Shown piece after piece: positions 50,315 to 64,000 of a stretch of DNA of 64,000 nt. The DNA comes from Haliotis rubra (lineage: Eukaryota), in contig NW_025767635.1 in NCBI RefSeq assembly GCF_003918875.1, forward strand, positions 806,001 to 870,000, in the 5' to 3' direction. How positions within the stretch are numbered: position 1 is the stretch's first letter; each line of letters starts with the position of its first letter. The notes under the pieces are model-generated. The model saw nothing but the letters and a program-made list of their open reading frames with translations, searched no databases and had not been told where the DNA came from. The position numbers and the translations under genes were made by a program.

Positions 50315-51803
50315 CGCGTGCACTGTATGTGTGTCTGTCTGTGAGAGTAAGATATGGACAGCGTGCACTGTGTGTGTGTCTGTCTGTGAGAGTAAGATAT
50401 GGACAGCGTCCACTGTATGTGTGTCTGTCTGTGAGAGTAAGATATGGACAGCGTGCACTGTATGTGTGTCTATCTGTGAGAGTAAGATATGGACAGCGTG
50501 CACTGTGTGCGTGTCTATCTGTGAGAGTAGGATATGGACAGCGTGCACTGTGTGTGTGTCTATCTGTGAGAGTAAGATATGGACAGCGTCCACTGTATGT
50601 GTGTCTATCTGTGAGAGTAAGATATGGACAGCGTCCACTGTGTGTGTGTCTGTCTGTGAGAGTAAGATATGGACAGCGTGCACTGTGTGTGTGTCTATCT
50701 GTGAGAGTAGGGTATGGACAGCGTCCACTGTGTGTGTGTCTGTCTGTGAGAGTAAGATATGGACAGCGTCCACTGTATGTGTGTCTATCTGTAAGAGTAA
50801 GATATGGACAGCGTGCACTGTATGTGTGTCTATCTGTGAGAGTAAGATATGGACAGCGTGCACTGTATGTGTGTCTATCTGTGAGAGTAAGATATGGACA
50901 GCGTCCACTGTATGTGTGTCTATCTGTGAGAGTAAGATATGGACAGCGTGCACTGTATGTGTGTCTATCTGTGAGAGTAAGATATGGACAGCGTGCACTG
51001 TAGGTGTGTCTATCTGTGAGAGTAAGATATGGACAGCGTCCACTGTATGTGTGTCTATCTGTGAGAGTAAGATATGGACAGCGTGCACTGTGTGTGTGTC
51101 TATCTGTGAGAGTAAGATATGGACAGCGTCCACTGTGTGTGTGTCTATCTGTGAGAGTAAGATATGGACAGCGTCCACTGTGTGTGTGTCTGTCTGTGAG
51201 AGTAAGATATGGACAGCGTGCACTGTGTGTGTGTCTATCTGTGAGAGTAGGATATGGACAGCGTCCACTGTGTGTGTGTCTGTCTGTGAGAGTAAGATAT
51301 GGACAGCGTCCACTGTATGTGTGTCTATCTGTAAGAGTAAGATATGGACAGCGTCCACTGTATGTGTGTCTATCTGTGAGAGTAAGATATGGACAGCGTG
51401 CACTGTATGTGTGTCTATCTGTGAGAGTAAGATATGGACAGCGTCCACTGTATGTGTGTCTATCTGTGAGAGTAAGATATGGACAGCGTGCACTGTATGT
51501 GTGTCTATCTGTGAGAGTAAGATATGGACAGCGTCCACTGTGTGTGTGTCTGTCTGTGAGAGTAAGATATGGACAGCGTGCACTGTATGTGTGTCTATCT
51601 GTGAGAGTAAGATATGGACAGCGTCCACTGTATGTGTGTCTATCTGTGAGAGTAAGATATGGACAGCGTGCACTGTGTGTGTGTCTGTCTGTGAGAGTAG
51701 GGTATGGACAGCGTCCACTGTATGTGTGTCTATCTGTGAGAGTAAGATATGGACAGCATGCACTGTATGTGTGTCTATCCGTGAGAGTAAGATATGGACA
51801 GCG
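50315..51803. repeat. 45-bp minisatellite (~33 copies)
   Basis: Unit gcgtgcactgtatgtgtgtctatctgtgagagtaagatatggaca. Confidence 0.96.
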
Positions 51804-51892
51804 AACATACACTACAGACTTCACGATCAGCACTCTGGGTCACAGTCCCAAGTTTCCGCTGTAACGTGGTAGTCTGTTTATAAAGTGATCGT

Positions 51893-52053
51893 ATGTGGGC
51901 TAGACAAACCCATGATCGACAGTCTATCCGTGATGTGGGCTAGACAAACCCATGATCGACAGTTTATCCGTGATGTGGGCTAGACAAACCAATGATCGAC
52001 AGTTTATCCGTGATGTGGTCTAGACAAACCCATGACTGACAGTTTATCCGTGA
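51893..52053. repeat. 40-bp tandem repeat x4
   Basis: Unit atgtgggctagacaaacccatgatcgacagtttatccgtg. Confidence 0.85.
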
Positions 52054-52904
52054 CGGTATGCATAGCTGTATGTCATGTCCCACTTGAGGGTTGGTCATCA
52101 GTCTCGGGCAGCTGTGTGGGTACTCCTTATAGTCAGTCACTCCAGTCACTACGCCAATACTGAGGCCACACGTGAATACCACTAGGAGTATCACAAGAGA
52201 GGTATTTGTTGCAGTGCGGCTCTATAATGTTTTAAATGTCCAGGACGTCCCCAATAAAACATTTTCCTTGCGAAGTACAAGGAATGTGTACATATTTATT
52301 CGTAAAAAGGTCAGCATGACCCCTATTAACACATATATCACATATATTTTAAGCAAACATAAACGTTAGTTACGAGAGAAAATTGGGACAGTGAGTCAGG
52401 CACGAGCAACAATCCAAAATGAGTTCACGAGTATGGCGTTACAAGTGCAGCTTCGTCATGAACCAAGCAACGACGCAAAAAGATGCCTAGCCAACTTTTT
52501 TCTGAAAGTTTTGGACCCCTGCTTAACTACTTACAACTTGCGTTTGTTGTGAAAACACCAACGATTTATCATCTACGAAGGAATTAATGACAACACAAAG
52601 ACTGCAATGTTTATTCTCAAGGATGGAATGTTGGCACAAAAACTCAGACGCAGATTAGTCAAAATAACGGTGTTCTTTGTGTATGTAAGAAACAGCTGAT
52701 CGATGTAAACAATACCACGTGATAACTGCACATGGCCGACGAAGAAATATTAACCAATGAAAACACGCATCATGATACCAATGACCAACCGCTGCGCTAG
52801 GAAAAATACGGCCCGTACATCCAGCTACCTGATTTACATATGTTTATAAACAGTGCGCATTTTCTCATACAAAAGACCAAAGAAAGTAGGAGATTTCGTG
52901 AATA

Positions 52905-55900
52905 ATGCCTTTTCTTGGTCGCGACTGGCGATCGCCGGGCGACGAATGGGTTCGGACAGCCAGTGGATGGGAAAGACTCAAACTTTGGAGGCTTAAAGTC
53001 TTTGAAAATCTCAACGAAAATGTGATAGCAAGGTTTGTTTTGATACGGTAGTCGCGGGACTTCTCTTCCGAGGCTAGTTTCGTTATCTACGTGTAGTCTA
53101 ATCAAACGCATGTCGGGTTAAATCTTATCAGACCTCACCAGCCAATCATTATGTACATTCATATGTCCCGTTGAGATCAATTAGTAATAACCAACACGTG
53201 GTACGGCATCAATATTGCTGTCCCCATATGTAGCGGCTTGACTGGACACACTGACGGCAGCCATGATAGCTAACAGTTGCATGTGTCATGGCCTGAAATA
53301 GCAGATTGCTTGGTAAACCCAGGGCATCCCGCTTTATTGAACGGTAAACCGGTTATTGTGCATGGCCATATATGGCTAAAATAGTCACGACGAGTCCATG
53401 TTTGGATGTGCATTGAACGTGGCCAACACAGCGTTATATTAGTTTTTGTGATGACACAGACAGGTACATATATCCTGAACCATTCACTCTCTGTTGTGTA
53501 TTGTCAGGGAGCAGAAGGATCGCACCACCACCCTCACATAATATAGGTAGGAGAACAGCTGTACACGATGTTTTCATATAGTTTTAATATTTTTTTATTC
53601 TAAGAGTAATCTATGTCAATATTTTCATCCCATGATCAGCAGATGAAATGCTAAGAAAGCAAGCCCATCTCTCACTGTGCAGCCAAAGGTGCATGGCGCT
53701 CATGCGAGTCACGGGGCCAGAGTGGAAATAACATTAAGCAGTGTGAAAATATTCAGCAAAATGGAAATTACATAATATTAACATGATTGTAATTGTTTAC
53801 TGAATGAAAACTATACATCAACATGAGAGAGTACCAACTCCTTCTGTGCTGTGTGCTTTATCCCAGCACTGTCAGTATTTGCCATCCATCATCTTTTTCA
53901 CCATTTTCTTTCATTGTCAACATGGTCAATGATGAGGGAATACAGTATTTGCAGCTGATCATAAGCGCACTTGTCACAAGAAGTATTTCAGTACAAACAG
54001 AATAAAAACAAAATGTTGGGAACCATTGCTAATAATTCTTTTCTTAACAACTATTGCCTTTATTGATCCTCCAGTGTGACTCAGTGTGGTACTGGGGGAT
54101 CGCAATGGTGAAAACATCTGTGTGAGGAATCATTTGTCAACAATGAAACTGAACAAGTTTCAAATTGGCGATCCAGTTCCAAGTCATTGAGATTATATAT
54201 TCATCATGTAGTTACAAATGTGCACCTTTTATTGCTTTGTTGATTCAACCCACTGGAATGCTGAGTGTGGGCCAGATTTGTCTCCCCTTGTGTTGGATAT
54301 GTTTGAATGTTTGATTCTTGTTACTCTCGGGCGTGTTTTACTCCAGTTGCATAGTTCTGATGTCCCTCTCGTGTGGGAACATATTTTCTCAATTCACATA
54401 AAGACAAATAGACATCCCATATGTACAAGAAACTGCTGACATGTTTTTGTCATGCTTATTGAATTCATTTAGTATTTACAAATGATTTATCCCATATTTA
54501 ACTCAGGTTTGTTTCCCAACTAAAACCTACATCCTGTAACACTTCAAGATATATTGGTGGTGAAGTACCATGAGTTGAAGGTAGTACTTGTTACACATCA
54601 TGTCTTCGGAGTTAAAATGAAGTCTCAGAACAGATAATTAACCATAAAACGTAGCATTGCCAGTGCCAGCTGCTTGATGGGCTGACCTCTCCTTCCTGCT
54701 TGACAGGTTGATCCGACTTGCCCTGGTGGACATGAGCCAGAGAGACGTAATGGAGAGGAGACAACCCTTCATTCAGTACCACCGCGGGACGTCCAAGGAG
54801 GTGAGATGAACAGAAGAGAGACATTCGTCTGGGACAGGTTAAAAAAAAAGACAATTTGTTGGTTACATGTTTCAGATAATTAACATCCAGATGCAAGTTA
54901 GTGCTGAAACTAATCCTTTTGATACAAATGTGTTAGAAGACAAGACTGTATAGCTTCTCTCTGTAAGTTGACAGGTAGACATATCACGGGGGCAAGTAAC
55001 AGTGAGCTTTGAACATTCAGTTGTGTCACAGTATTGCAGATCAATGTGGGACAAATGTTGTACACCTTGAAGCCCTAGGTGACAGACCCTGGGTAATTTG
55101 CTCATAACCTATCCAAGCCTAGTATTCAAATCCATTGCCATCCATTCCCCTCAGTAAAAAGACTAATCACAGTGTGATGTCCACCAGATGCCCATAACAC
55201 AGAGTAGGCCGGGGCAGGGGACCGAGGGTCAGGTCCTGTTGCATCCACCTGCGGCCATGTGGCCTCATAACTTTCATGTCAGCAGTCAACACAATACAAA
55301 CCAAACTTTCAAATCACCAACTACACGTTATGGTGCTACATTCTGTATGTCATGTTTTGTGATTAATTCTACCAGCTGGAGCAGACATCGATTAGGATAG
55401 TTAAGTCGTTTGCGTCTGATGCATGTTCCTGCAACATGTAATGTGTGATGTCACTATGCGTTTAGACATGGCCTGTTCCTCCCAGATACACCAGTGAAGA
55501 TCCAGGTTAGAATTGATCTTCACATGCTTGTTGTATGAGGTGACTAAGGGGATGTGTGGAACTATGCTCATGCTGTTGATCACTGGATTGTCTGGTCCAG
55601 ACTTGATTATTTATAGACCGCTGCCATATAACTTGAATATTGCTGAGTGTGGTGTAAAACTAAACTCACTCACTCACACTTCCCAGATACCACCATCTTG
55701 GCCAGCAGATGCCATGACAACCATTGCAAAGGGAAGTAACTCCTAACTTACCTAGTTCCTGGGTATATGGTTCAGCCTGGGCAAGTGAGCTCTGGGTAAC
55801 CAGGTATCAGGCTTCTTACAGTCCCACCCTAAGTAGTACCACTTCCTGATGCAGTAGAGCCATGATGTCCAGGTAACACAATGTGCTTATTCCGCTTGTC

Positions 55901-58900
55901 CGACATTGTTACAGCGGAAGGAACTGACCAGCATCAGTGATGCCTTCATCCGTCTGGACATGACCGGGGCTGTCAAGGATATCCGCAGATTTAACTATGT
56001 GTGTAAGGTGGGTGAAGTGTACACATGTACAGGGTACACATGGCCAACATATAGAAGACCCTGGTGGTTACACCAATAATCAGGGTACACATGGCCAACA
56101 TACAGAAGACTCTGGTGGTTACACCAATAATCAGGGTACACATGGCCAACATACAGAAGACCCTGGTGGTTACACCAATAATCAGGGTACACACGGCCAA
56201 CATACAGAAGACTCTGGTGGTTACACCAATAATCAGGGTACACACGGCCAACATACAGAAGACTCTGGTGGTTACACCAATAATCAGGGTACACACGGCC
56301 AACATACAGAAGACCCTGGTGGTTACACCAATAATCAGGGTACACACGGCCAACACACAGAAGACCCTGGTGGTTACACCAATAATCAGGGTACACACGG
56401 CCAACACACAGAAGACCCTGGTGGTTACACCAATAATCAGGGTACACACGGCCAACATACAGAAGACCCTGGTGGTTACACCAATAATCAGGGTACACAC
56501 GGCCAACATACAGAAGACTCTGGTGGTTACACCAATAATCAGGGTACACATGGCCAACATACAGAAGACTCTGGTGGTTACACCAATAATCAGGGTACAC
56601 ACGGCCAACATACAGAAGACCCTGGTGGTTACACCAATAATCAGGGTACACACGGCCAACATACAGAAGACCCTGGTGGTTACACCAATAATCAGGGTAC
56701 ACATGGCCAACACACAGAAGACCCTGGTGGTTACACCGATAATCAGGGTACGCATGGCCAACATACAGAAGAACCTGGTGGTTACACCAAAAATCAGGGT
56801 ACACACGGCCAACACACAGAAGACCCTGGTGGTTACACCAATAATCAGGGTACACACAGCCAACATACAGAAGACCCTGGTGGTTACACCAATAATCAGG
56901 GTACACACGGCCAACATACAGAAGACCCTGGTGGTTACACCAATAATCAGGGTACACATGGCCAACACACAGAAGACCCTGGTGGTTACACCAATAATCA
57001 GGGTACACCCGGTCAACATACAGAAGACTCTGGTGGTTACACCAATAATCAGGGTACACATGGCCAACACACAGAAGACCCTGGTGGTTACACCAATAAT
57101 CAGGGTACACATGGCCAACACACAGAAGACCCTGGTGGTTACACCAATAATCAGGGTACACATGGCCAACACACAGAAGACCCTGGTGGTTACACCAATA
57201 ATCAGCGTACACATGGCCAACACACAGAAGACTCTGGTGGTTACACCAATAATCAGGGTACACATGGCCAACACACAGAAGACTCTGGTGGTTACACCAA
57301 TAATCAGGGTACACACGGCCAACACACAGAAAACCCTGGTGGTTACACCAATAATCAGGGTACACACGGCCAACATACAGAAGACTCTGGTGGTTACACC
57401 AATAATCAGGGTACACATGGCCTGGTGGTTACACCAATAATCAGGGTACAGAGAGACCCTGGTGGTTACACCAATAATCAGGGTACACACGGCCAACATA
57501 CAGAAGACCCTGGTGGTTACACCAATAATCAGGGTACACATGGCCAACACACAGAAGACTCTGGTGGTTACACCAATAATCAGGGTACACACGGCCAACA
57601 CACAGAAGACCCTGGTGGTTACACCAATAATCAGGGTACACATGGCCAACACACAGAAGACCCTGGTGGTTACACCAATAATCAGGGTACACATGGCCAA
57701 CATACAGAAGACCCTGGTGGTTACACCAATAATCAGGGTACACATGGCCAACATACAGAAGACTCTGGTGGTTACACCAATAATCAGGGTACACATGGCC
57801 AACATACAGAAGACTCTGGTGGTTACTGTGTTCCACATGTAGCTGTGAGAATGTCCAGTGTAGTGCTAGGGCTGTGTTCCACATGTAGCTGTGAGAATGT
57901 CCAGTGTAGTGCAAGGGCTGTGTTCCACATGTAGCTGTGAGAATGTCCAGTGTAGTGCTAGGGCTGTGTTCCACATGTAGCTGTGAGAATGTCCAGTGTA
58001 GTGCAAGGGCTGTGTTCCACATGTAGCTGTGAGAATGTCCAGTGTAGTGCTAGGGCTGTGTTCCACATGTAGCTGTGAGAATGTCCAGTGTAGTGCAAGG
58101 GCTGTGTTCCACGTGTAGCTGTGAGAATGTCCAGTGTAGTGCAAGGGCTGTGTTCCACATGTAGCTGTGAGAATGTCCAGTGTAGTGCTAGGGCTGTGTT
58201 CCACATGTAGCTGTGAAAATGTCCGGTGTAGTGCCAGGGCTGTGTCCCACATGTAGCTGTGAGAATGTCCAGTGTAACGCCAGGGCTGTGTTCCACATGT
58301 AGATGTGAGAATGTCCAGTGTAACGCCAGGGCTGTGTTCCACATGTAGCTGTGAGAATGTCCACTTTAGTGCCAGGGCTGTGTTCCACATGTAGCCGTGA
58401 GAATGTCCACTTTAGTGCCAGGGCTGTGTTGTAGGTGCTGCATCTGATCCTGGACTCGAAGCTGAGTGGCCTGAGTGGGACTGCCCAGAAACAAGTGATC
58501 AGCATCCTTGAGGCTACCTCCGAACAAGGTGAGCTCATTACCCTTTCTTTATTTTGAAAAGAAGATCTTGAACTCTTTTGTCCAGAATCTGTTTATTTAT
58601 TGTCTAAATACAGTATTTGCCATATTTTGGTCTCACACCCATGAGTTTCCCTTGACCAACTTCAAAGCAAATCTGTAAATATTCCTGGGGCTGTGGGGTA
58701 GCCGTGTGGTTAAAGCGTTCGCTGGTCACACCGAAGACCCCGGTTTGATTCCCCACATGAGTACAATGCGTGAAGCCCATTTCTGGTGTCCCCTGCCATG
58801 ACAAGTGGTGTAAAACTAAACTCACTCACTGAAGAAAATTGTAAGTAATCCTGGAAAGTGTGGTTGCTAAGTACATGATCAATTTCATGGTAAACTTTTG

Positions 58901-61406
58901 TGTTCAAGTATTGAAGACTGAGTGCAGTCTGAGCACGCTCCGTGAACTTCTCAAGACAGCAGACCTGGCCCTCCAGCAGGGGAAGACGTCCCATATCGGC
59001 AGTGCAAGGCTGTGGATGCTTCACCAGCAGAAGGTCACGAAGATGAACTCAAAAGTGGATGCCTACAAGATGACAGAGGTACATGTCACACTCAGCCCTG
59101 GCATCTACCTTATGTGACATGTTAGAAATCCAGCATGAAATATAGTTCCACAAGAGATTTGTGCACGTCACTTGTCTACCTCCAAAGTAGGAGAGTTATA
59201 CATCGTTTGGTATGTGTCACTTGTCTACCTCAACAGTAGGAGAGTTATACATCGTTTGGTATGTGTCACTTATCTACCTCAACAGTAGGAGAGTTATACA
59301 TCATTTGGTATATGTCACTTGTCTACCTCCAAAGTAGGAGAGTAATACATCATTTGGTAGGTGTCACTTGTCAACCTCCAAAGTAGGAGAGTTATACATC
59401 ATTTGGTATGTGTCACTTGTCAACCTCCAAAGTAGGAGAGTTATACATCATTTGGTATGTGTCACTTGTCAACCTCCAAAATAGGAGAGTTATACATCAT
59501 TTGGTAGGTGTCACTTGTCAACCTCCAAAGTAGGAGAGTTATACATCATTTGGTATGTGTCAGTCTTGTCTACCTCCAAAGTAGGAGAGTTATACATCGT
59601 TTGGTATGTGTCACTTGTCAACCTCCAAAGTAGGAGAGTTATACATCATTTGGTATGTGTCACTTGTCAACCTCCAAAATAGGAGAGTTATACATCATTT
59701 GGTAGGTGTCAATTGTCAACCTCCAAAGTAGGAGAGTTATACATCATTTGGTATGTGTCAGTCTTGTCTACCTCCAAAGTAGGAGAGTTATACATCGTTT
59801 GGTATGTGTCACTTGTCAACCTCCAAAGTAGGAGAGTTATACATCATTTGGTATGTGTCATTTGTCTACCTCCACAGAGAGAGAGTGACGGGAAGCTGAC
59901 GATGATGGACCTACCAGAGGACTGTATCCGGGGGATCCTGAGCTGCCTGGCAGACCACAAGGACATCCTGCATTCCTCCCAAACCAACCACACTGTCTAT
60001 GAGCTGTCACAGGAAGCACAGCTCTGGAAGCAACTCTGCTTCTTCCATTTCACAGACAAACAGCTTGTGACCTTTCTACCTGTGGCCATCAACCAGCCTA
60101 CCATTGACTGGAAGTACATCTACAGAAGATGTTTCAAGTAAGATAATTGTTGACAGTTTTTACAAAATATCCCCTGATGTCAAAGAAAAACCCAGTGTGA
60201 CACAAGCAATGGCTTGTTAGTGACCATATCACGGTTCACAGTTCAGATCTGTATGCTGTGTATGTCAAGGTCACATGAGCCCAGTTCAGATCTGTATGTT
60301 GTGTATGTCAAGGTCACGTGTCCAGTACAGATCTGTACGTCAAGGTCACATCTTCCCAATACAGATCTGTGTGTTGTCTGTCAAGGTCACATCTGCCCAA
60401 TACAGATCTGTATGTTGTGTATGTCAAGGTCACATGCACCCAGTTCAGATCTGTAGGTTGTGTATGTCAAGGTCACATGCGGCCAGTACAGATCTGTATG
60501 TCAAGGTCACATCTGCCCAGTACAGATCTGTGTGTTGTATATAGTTCAAGATCACATCTGCCCAATACAGAACTGTATGTCAAGGTCACAAGTGCCCAGT
60601 ACAGATTTGTATGGTGTATGTCAAGGTCACATGCGGCCAGTACAGATTTGTATGTATGTCATGTTTCTTTTGTAAGTAAATATCATCACTGATGTCATTG
60701 TAGGCGATTTGGGAAGAAAGACAGTTATGCTGACATGTTGGCCTTGTGTGGGAACTGCAGCAATATCTTCTGGCAGGTAAGACATCATCCCTCAGTCAGT
60801 TGAAGACTGAGTTATTGCTACAGCAACCACTGCTGCCCTTGAAGACAGAGAATCCCAAAGTGTTTTCTAGTATGTGATAATTAGGACTGCGAGTTGTTAA
60901 ACCATTATTCATGAATGATGCCTAATCTCACATCAAAAGACATGAGCTTGAGATTCTATTCATCATTGAAAATTATTCTTCAAACATGTAAATTTTGCAA
61001 AAAGTAATGACCACCAGTGTCTTGTGTAAATGTACACAGCTGCTGATTTCGATTGTGACATCATCAGATAAGTATCAATGGTCTGCGAAACCTTGCTCAA
61101 GCTATATCTCCTGTGAAATCCAGAAGATAAGTGACACTACTAAACAATCACACATTTTAACTCCAGTGTCCATCATCATTCCAGTGTGTTGATACAGCAG
61201 TCATGACTTGCTCAGGTCCCATCTCACCCAGATCACCACTGGGAGCCAAGAGACATGTCAGTGTTCAAAATGCAGAGTGAATTTGCTTATTTGTGACGAT
61301 ACATCTGTTTCAGTCCCTGGGCCACCCATGTTACAGCGAAGAGCCTCCAGCATTTACACCTCTCACTCCTGAAGAGTTCCTCAAGCTTTTCTCCCTGTAC
61401 ATATGA
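52905..61406 (+). CDS. FBXO32: F-box only protein 25/32 (atrogin-1/MAFbx family), 334 aa
   Basis: Exons 52905-53032, 54707-54800, 55915-56007, 58435-58528, 58909-59078, 59878-60137, 60704-60776, 61314-61406, all in phase (1005 nt). Motifs [49 protein letters not shown]-box [53 protein letters not shown]. Probably co-orthologous to vertebrate FBXO25 and FBXO32. Confidence 0.92.
55494..55679 (+). mobile_element. SINE-like repeat (family A)
   Basis: Homologous to 3103-3345; ends gtgtaaaactaaactcactcactcac. Confidence 0.7.
56029..57826. repeat. 51-bp intronic minisatellite (~35 copies)
   Basis: Unit cagggtacacatggccaacatacagaagaccctggtggttacaccaataat. Confidence 0.96.
57826..58430. repeat. 46-bp intronic minisatellite running into the exon-4 acceptor
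   Basis: Unit ctgtgttccacatgtagctgtgagaatgtccagtgtagtgctaggg. Confidence 0.95.
58687..58830 (+). mobile_element. tRNA-derived SINE (family B)
   Basis: A-box-like TAGCCGTGTGG, B-box-like GGTTTGATTCC, tail aaaactaaactcactcac. Diverged TSD-like flanks aaatctgtaaatattcctgg / aaattgtaagtaatcctgg. Confidence 0.75.
59167..59877. repeat. 49-bp intronic minisatellite ending in the exon-6 acceptor
   Basis: Unit gtcacttgtctacctccaaagtaggagagttatacatcatttggtatgt. Confidence 0.95.
60238..60660. repeat. Degenerate 33/43-bp minisatellite
   Basis: cagatctgtatg(ttgtgtatg)tcaaggtcacatctgcccagta. Confidence 0.85.
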
Positions 61407-62032
61407 ACTGTCTCGTCATGGGCCCGGTACCATCAGCATTATGTGATACAGGCTTTCGTTGTTTGTGACAGTGTCAACATACAGGCTCGTGTCATGGGTC
61501 CAGCATCACCTCACACAACATGGCTTATAGCAACACCATATTGACAGTTTCTATGTGATCAGTGATGTTAAGTACAGTCTACTGGGCAGGTAACGTGGCT
61601 TGGATGGATGGATGGATTCTGGGAATCTGGTGCATGAGGAAGGGAGTCCCTGTAACTCCATCTGGTGATCAGGCAGGGAAACACACGACCACAAATACAA
61701 GCCCAGTTCATGACTTGGCTGCACATACGCCATGTTTGTACTACATCATATTTTAATACTGCAGCCAGGTTGTGAGTTCTATGTGTGCTGGTCACCTTGT
61801 GATGTAATGCTGCTGTAGGGAATCTCATGATACTTGTCAGTATTTTTCACAGATGAGATATGATATGAGCCGTATATTCTCAAGTCCTTCAAAGCCAGTA
61901 ACTTACCAACCTTTTGTCACAAGAATTTACTTTCCACCAAAGACCATTGTATTATCAACTTTAATCTGTGACTGCACAGATGATCAGTTTAGTGAACCTC
62001 ATGGTGAGTATTACAGCACAACAAGGACACTA

Positions 62033-62176
62033 TGACCTGGACACTACGACATGGTGGCATGTGCACAGGCCGACATGGACACTACGACATGGTGGCATGT
62101 GCACGGGCTGACATGGACACTACGACATGGTGGCACGGGCCGACATGGACACTACGACATGGTGGCACGGGCCGAC
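62033..62176. repeat. Short 31-38-bp tandem repeat
   Basis: gacatggacactacgacatggtggc(atgtgc)acgggcc x4. Confidence 0.8.
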
Positions 62177-62977
62177 ACATGTATACAGAAGACTGTGATA
62201 CCAGGAGCACCAACTCCACACACACACATATATATATAGTTTGGGATGAACTGAAAGTAGGTTCTTGCCCCCCAGTTGAGTTATGCGTCATTGCCGTAGT
62301 TACTATTTTATGAGTACTTCAATCACTTTTGCTTAATCCAAGTGCCATGATTCATCTGAATGTTGGCTCACAGAGGTCTATCAACTGTGATATGTGCTAA
62401 GTCTGTTGTAAGAGATCTGAAGCTATATGCTGTTAAACAAAGTAATGAACGTTTGTCCATGACATCATGGATACTATGCAAGTCAATGCAAGACTGTAAC
62501 TGTGTGGTGAATGTGTTACAGTTTAACAAAGGAAGTTCCTTGTTGGAGGAAAGCATGAAAGACTGTTTTATATATCCTATTTTGTGCTATATCCATGTAC
62601 ATATATTTGTATGTATTTTATTCGGACTGTTTACTTGTGTTTTATATTGTATTTTGTACCATATTTATTTCCTACTATTTTATGATTGAGTATGTGTGGT
62701 TGTTCCTGTGTGAGATAGGCCTCTGGTGAAGTTCTACACCAAATTGTCTTTGTGACAATCAAAGTTAAAATAGCAGTCGAATTTAAAGTGTCACTCCTGT
62801 AGGCCTCAGATGTTGATGCACCAAGACATTATACAAACACTAAATATGACATGACAAACTTATAACAGCCATTGGAATGGATGGGGGCTCCTGTTGGCAG
62901 GACTTGGTTGTACAACCTTACAGTTTCTTGTCTCTCGTGCTGCATTTACCACATCATATTTGATTTCCCCTGCGAGG

Positions 62978-63860
62978 GGAGATCACCCACCTTTTGGCTT
63001 CCATGTGGTGGAAGGGCAGATCACCCACCTTTTGGCTTCCATATGGTGGAAGGGCAGATCACCCACCATGTGGCTTCCATGTTGTGGAAGGGCAGATCAT
63101 CTACCTTTTGGCTTCCATATGGTGGAAGGGCAGATCACCCACCTTTTGGCTTCCATGTGGTGAAAGGGCAGATCACCCACTATGTGGCTTCCATATGGTG
63201 GAAGGGCAGATCACCTACCTTTTGGCCTCCATATGGTGGAAGGGCAGATCACCCACCTTTTGGCTTCCATGTGGTGAAAGGGCAGATCACCCACATTTTG
63301 GCTTCCATGTGGTGGAAGGGCAGATCACCTACCTTTTGGCTTCCATGTGGTGGAAGGGCAGATCACCCAACTTTTGGCTTCCATGTGGTGGAAGGGCAGA
63401 TCACCCAACTTTTGGCTTCCATATGGTGGAAGGGCAGATCACCTACCTTTTGGCCTCCATATGGTGGAAGGGCAGATCACCCACCTTTTGGCTTCCATGT
63501 GGTGAAAGGGCAGATCACCCACCTTTTGGCTTCCATGTGGTGGAAGGGCAGATCACCCACCTTTTGGCTTCCATGTGGTGGAAGGGCAGATCACCCATCT
63601 TTTGGCTTCCATGTGGTGGAAGGGCAGATCACCCAACTTTTGGCTTCCATGTGGTGGAAGGGCAGATCACCCAACTTTTGGCTTCCATGTGGTGGAAGGG
63701 CAGATCACCCAACTTTTGGCTTCCATGTGGTGGAAGGGCAGATCACCCAACTTTTGGCTTCCATGTGGTGGAAGGGCAGATCACCCACCATGTGGCTTCC
63801 GTGTGGTGGAAGGGCAGATCACCTTTTGGCTTCCATGTGGTGAAAGAGCAGGTCACCCAC
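62978..63860. repeat. 38-bp minisatellite (~23 copies)
   Basis: Unit gtggaagggcagatcacccaccttttggcttccatgtg. Confidence 0.96.
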
Positions 63861-64000
63861 AATGTGACTCTAATTTCTGCTGATCATGCACAGTTGATTC
63901 CAACTTCCAATTTTGTGCACCCTGTAATTTTTGCGAAGCTGTTTTATTTGTGCTTATCAACCAATGTGTCCCTGAACACCAGATCTTCCCAGACACTCCA

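Noticed and set aside
50184-58390. 500-645-aa repeat ORFs (e.g. [32 protein letters not shown]) resembling structural proteins
   Set aside because: The 45- and 51-bp units are multiples of 3 and open in most frames. The 51-bp array lies inside an FBXO intron whose flanking exons join in phase.
58687-58760. tRNA gene
   Set aside because: The cloverleaf is imperfect and continues into a SINE body and tail that also occur at 3620-3720.

Overview
Repeat-rich eukaryotic DNA with GT-AG introns, probably molluscan (inferred from the SELENOP type and the SINE/minisatellite content). Four spliced protein genes can be built by hand. (1) CDC20, minus strand, runs off the window start; its ATG appears split by an intron. 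(2) A Cys-type ER glutathione peroxidase (GPX7/8-like), plus strand, head-to-head with CDC20. (3) A selenoprotein P gene, minus strand, which the ORF track breaks into fragments. (4) FBXO25/32 (atrogin-1-like), plus strand. The main discovery is the SELENOP gene. It has an N-terminal UxxC, a His-rich linker, and a tail with 39 more in-frame TGA codons and no TAA/TAG: 40 Sec as read, or about 42-43 if a 1-nt frameshift near the end is corrected. It is followed by two SECIS-like hairpins and a poly(A) signal, and a hairpin overlaps the start codon. The rest of the window is minisatellites (several seeded at splice junctions or inside TE coding sequence), MITEs, SINEs, a Tc1 fragment, a decayed Gypsy element carrying a nested LINE, and a 3.7-kb tandem duplication. 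Most long ORFs in the track are repeat artefacts.
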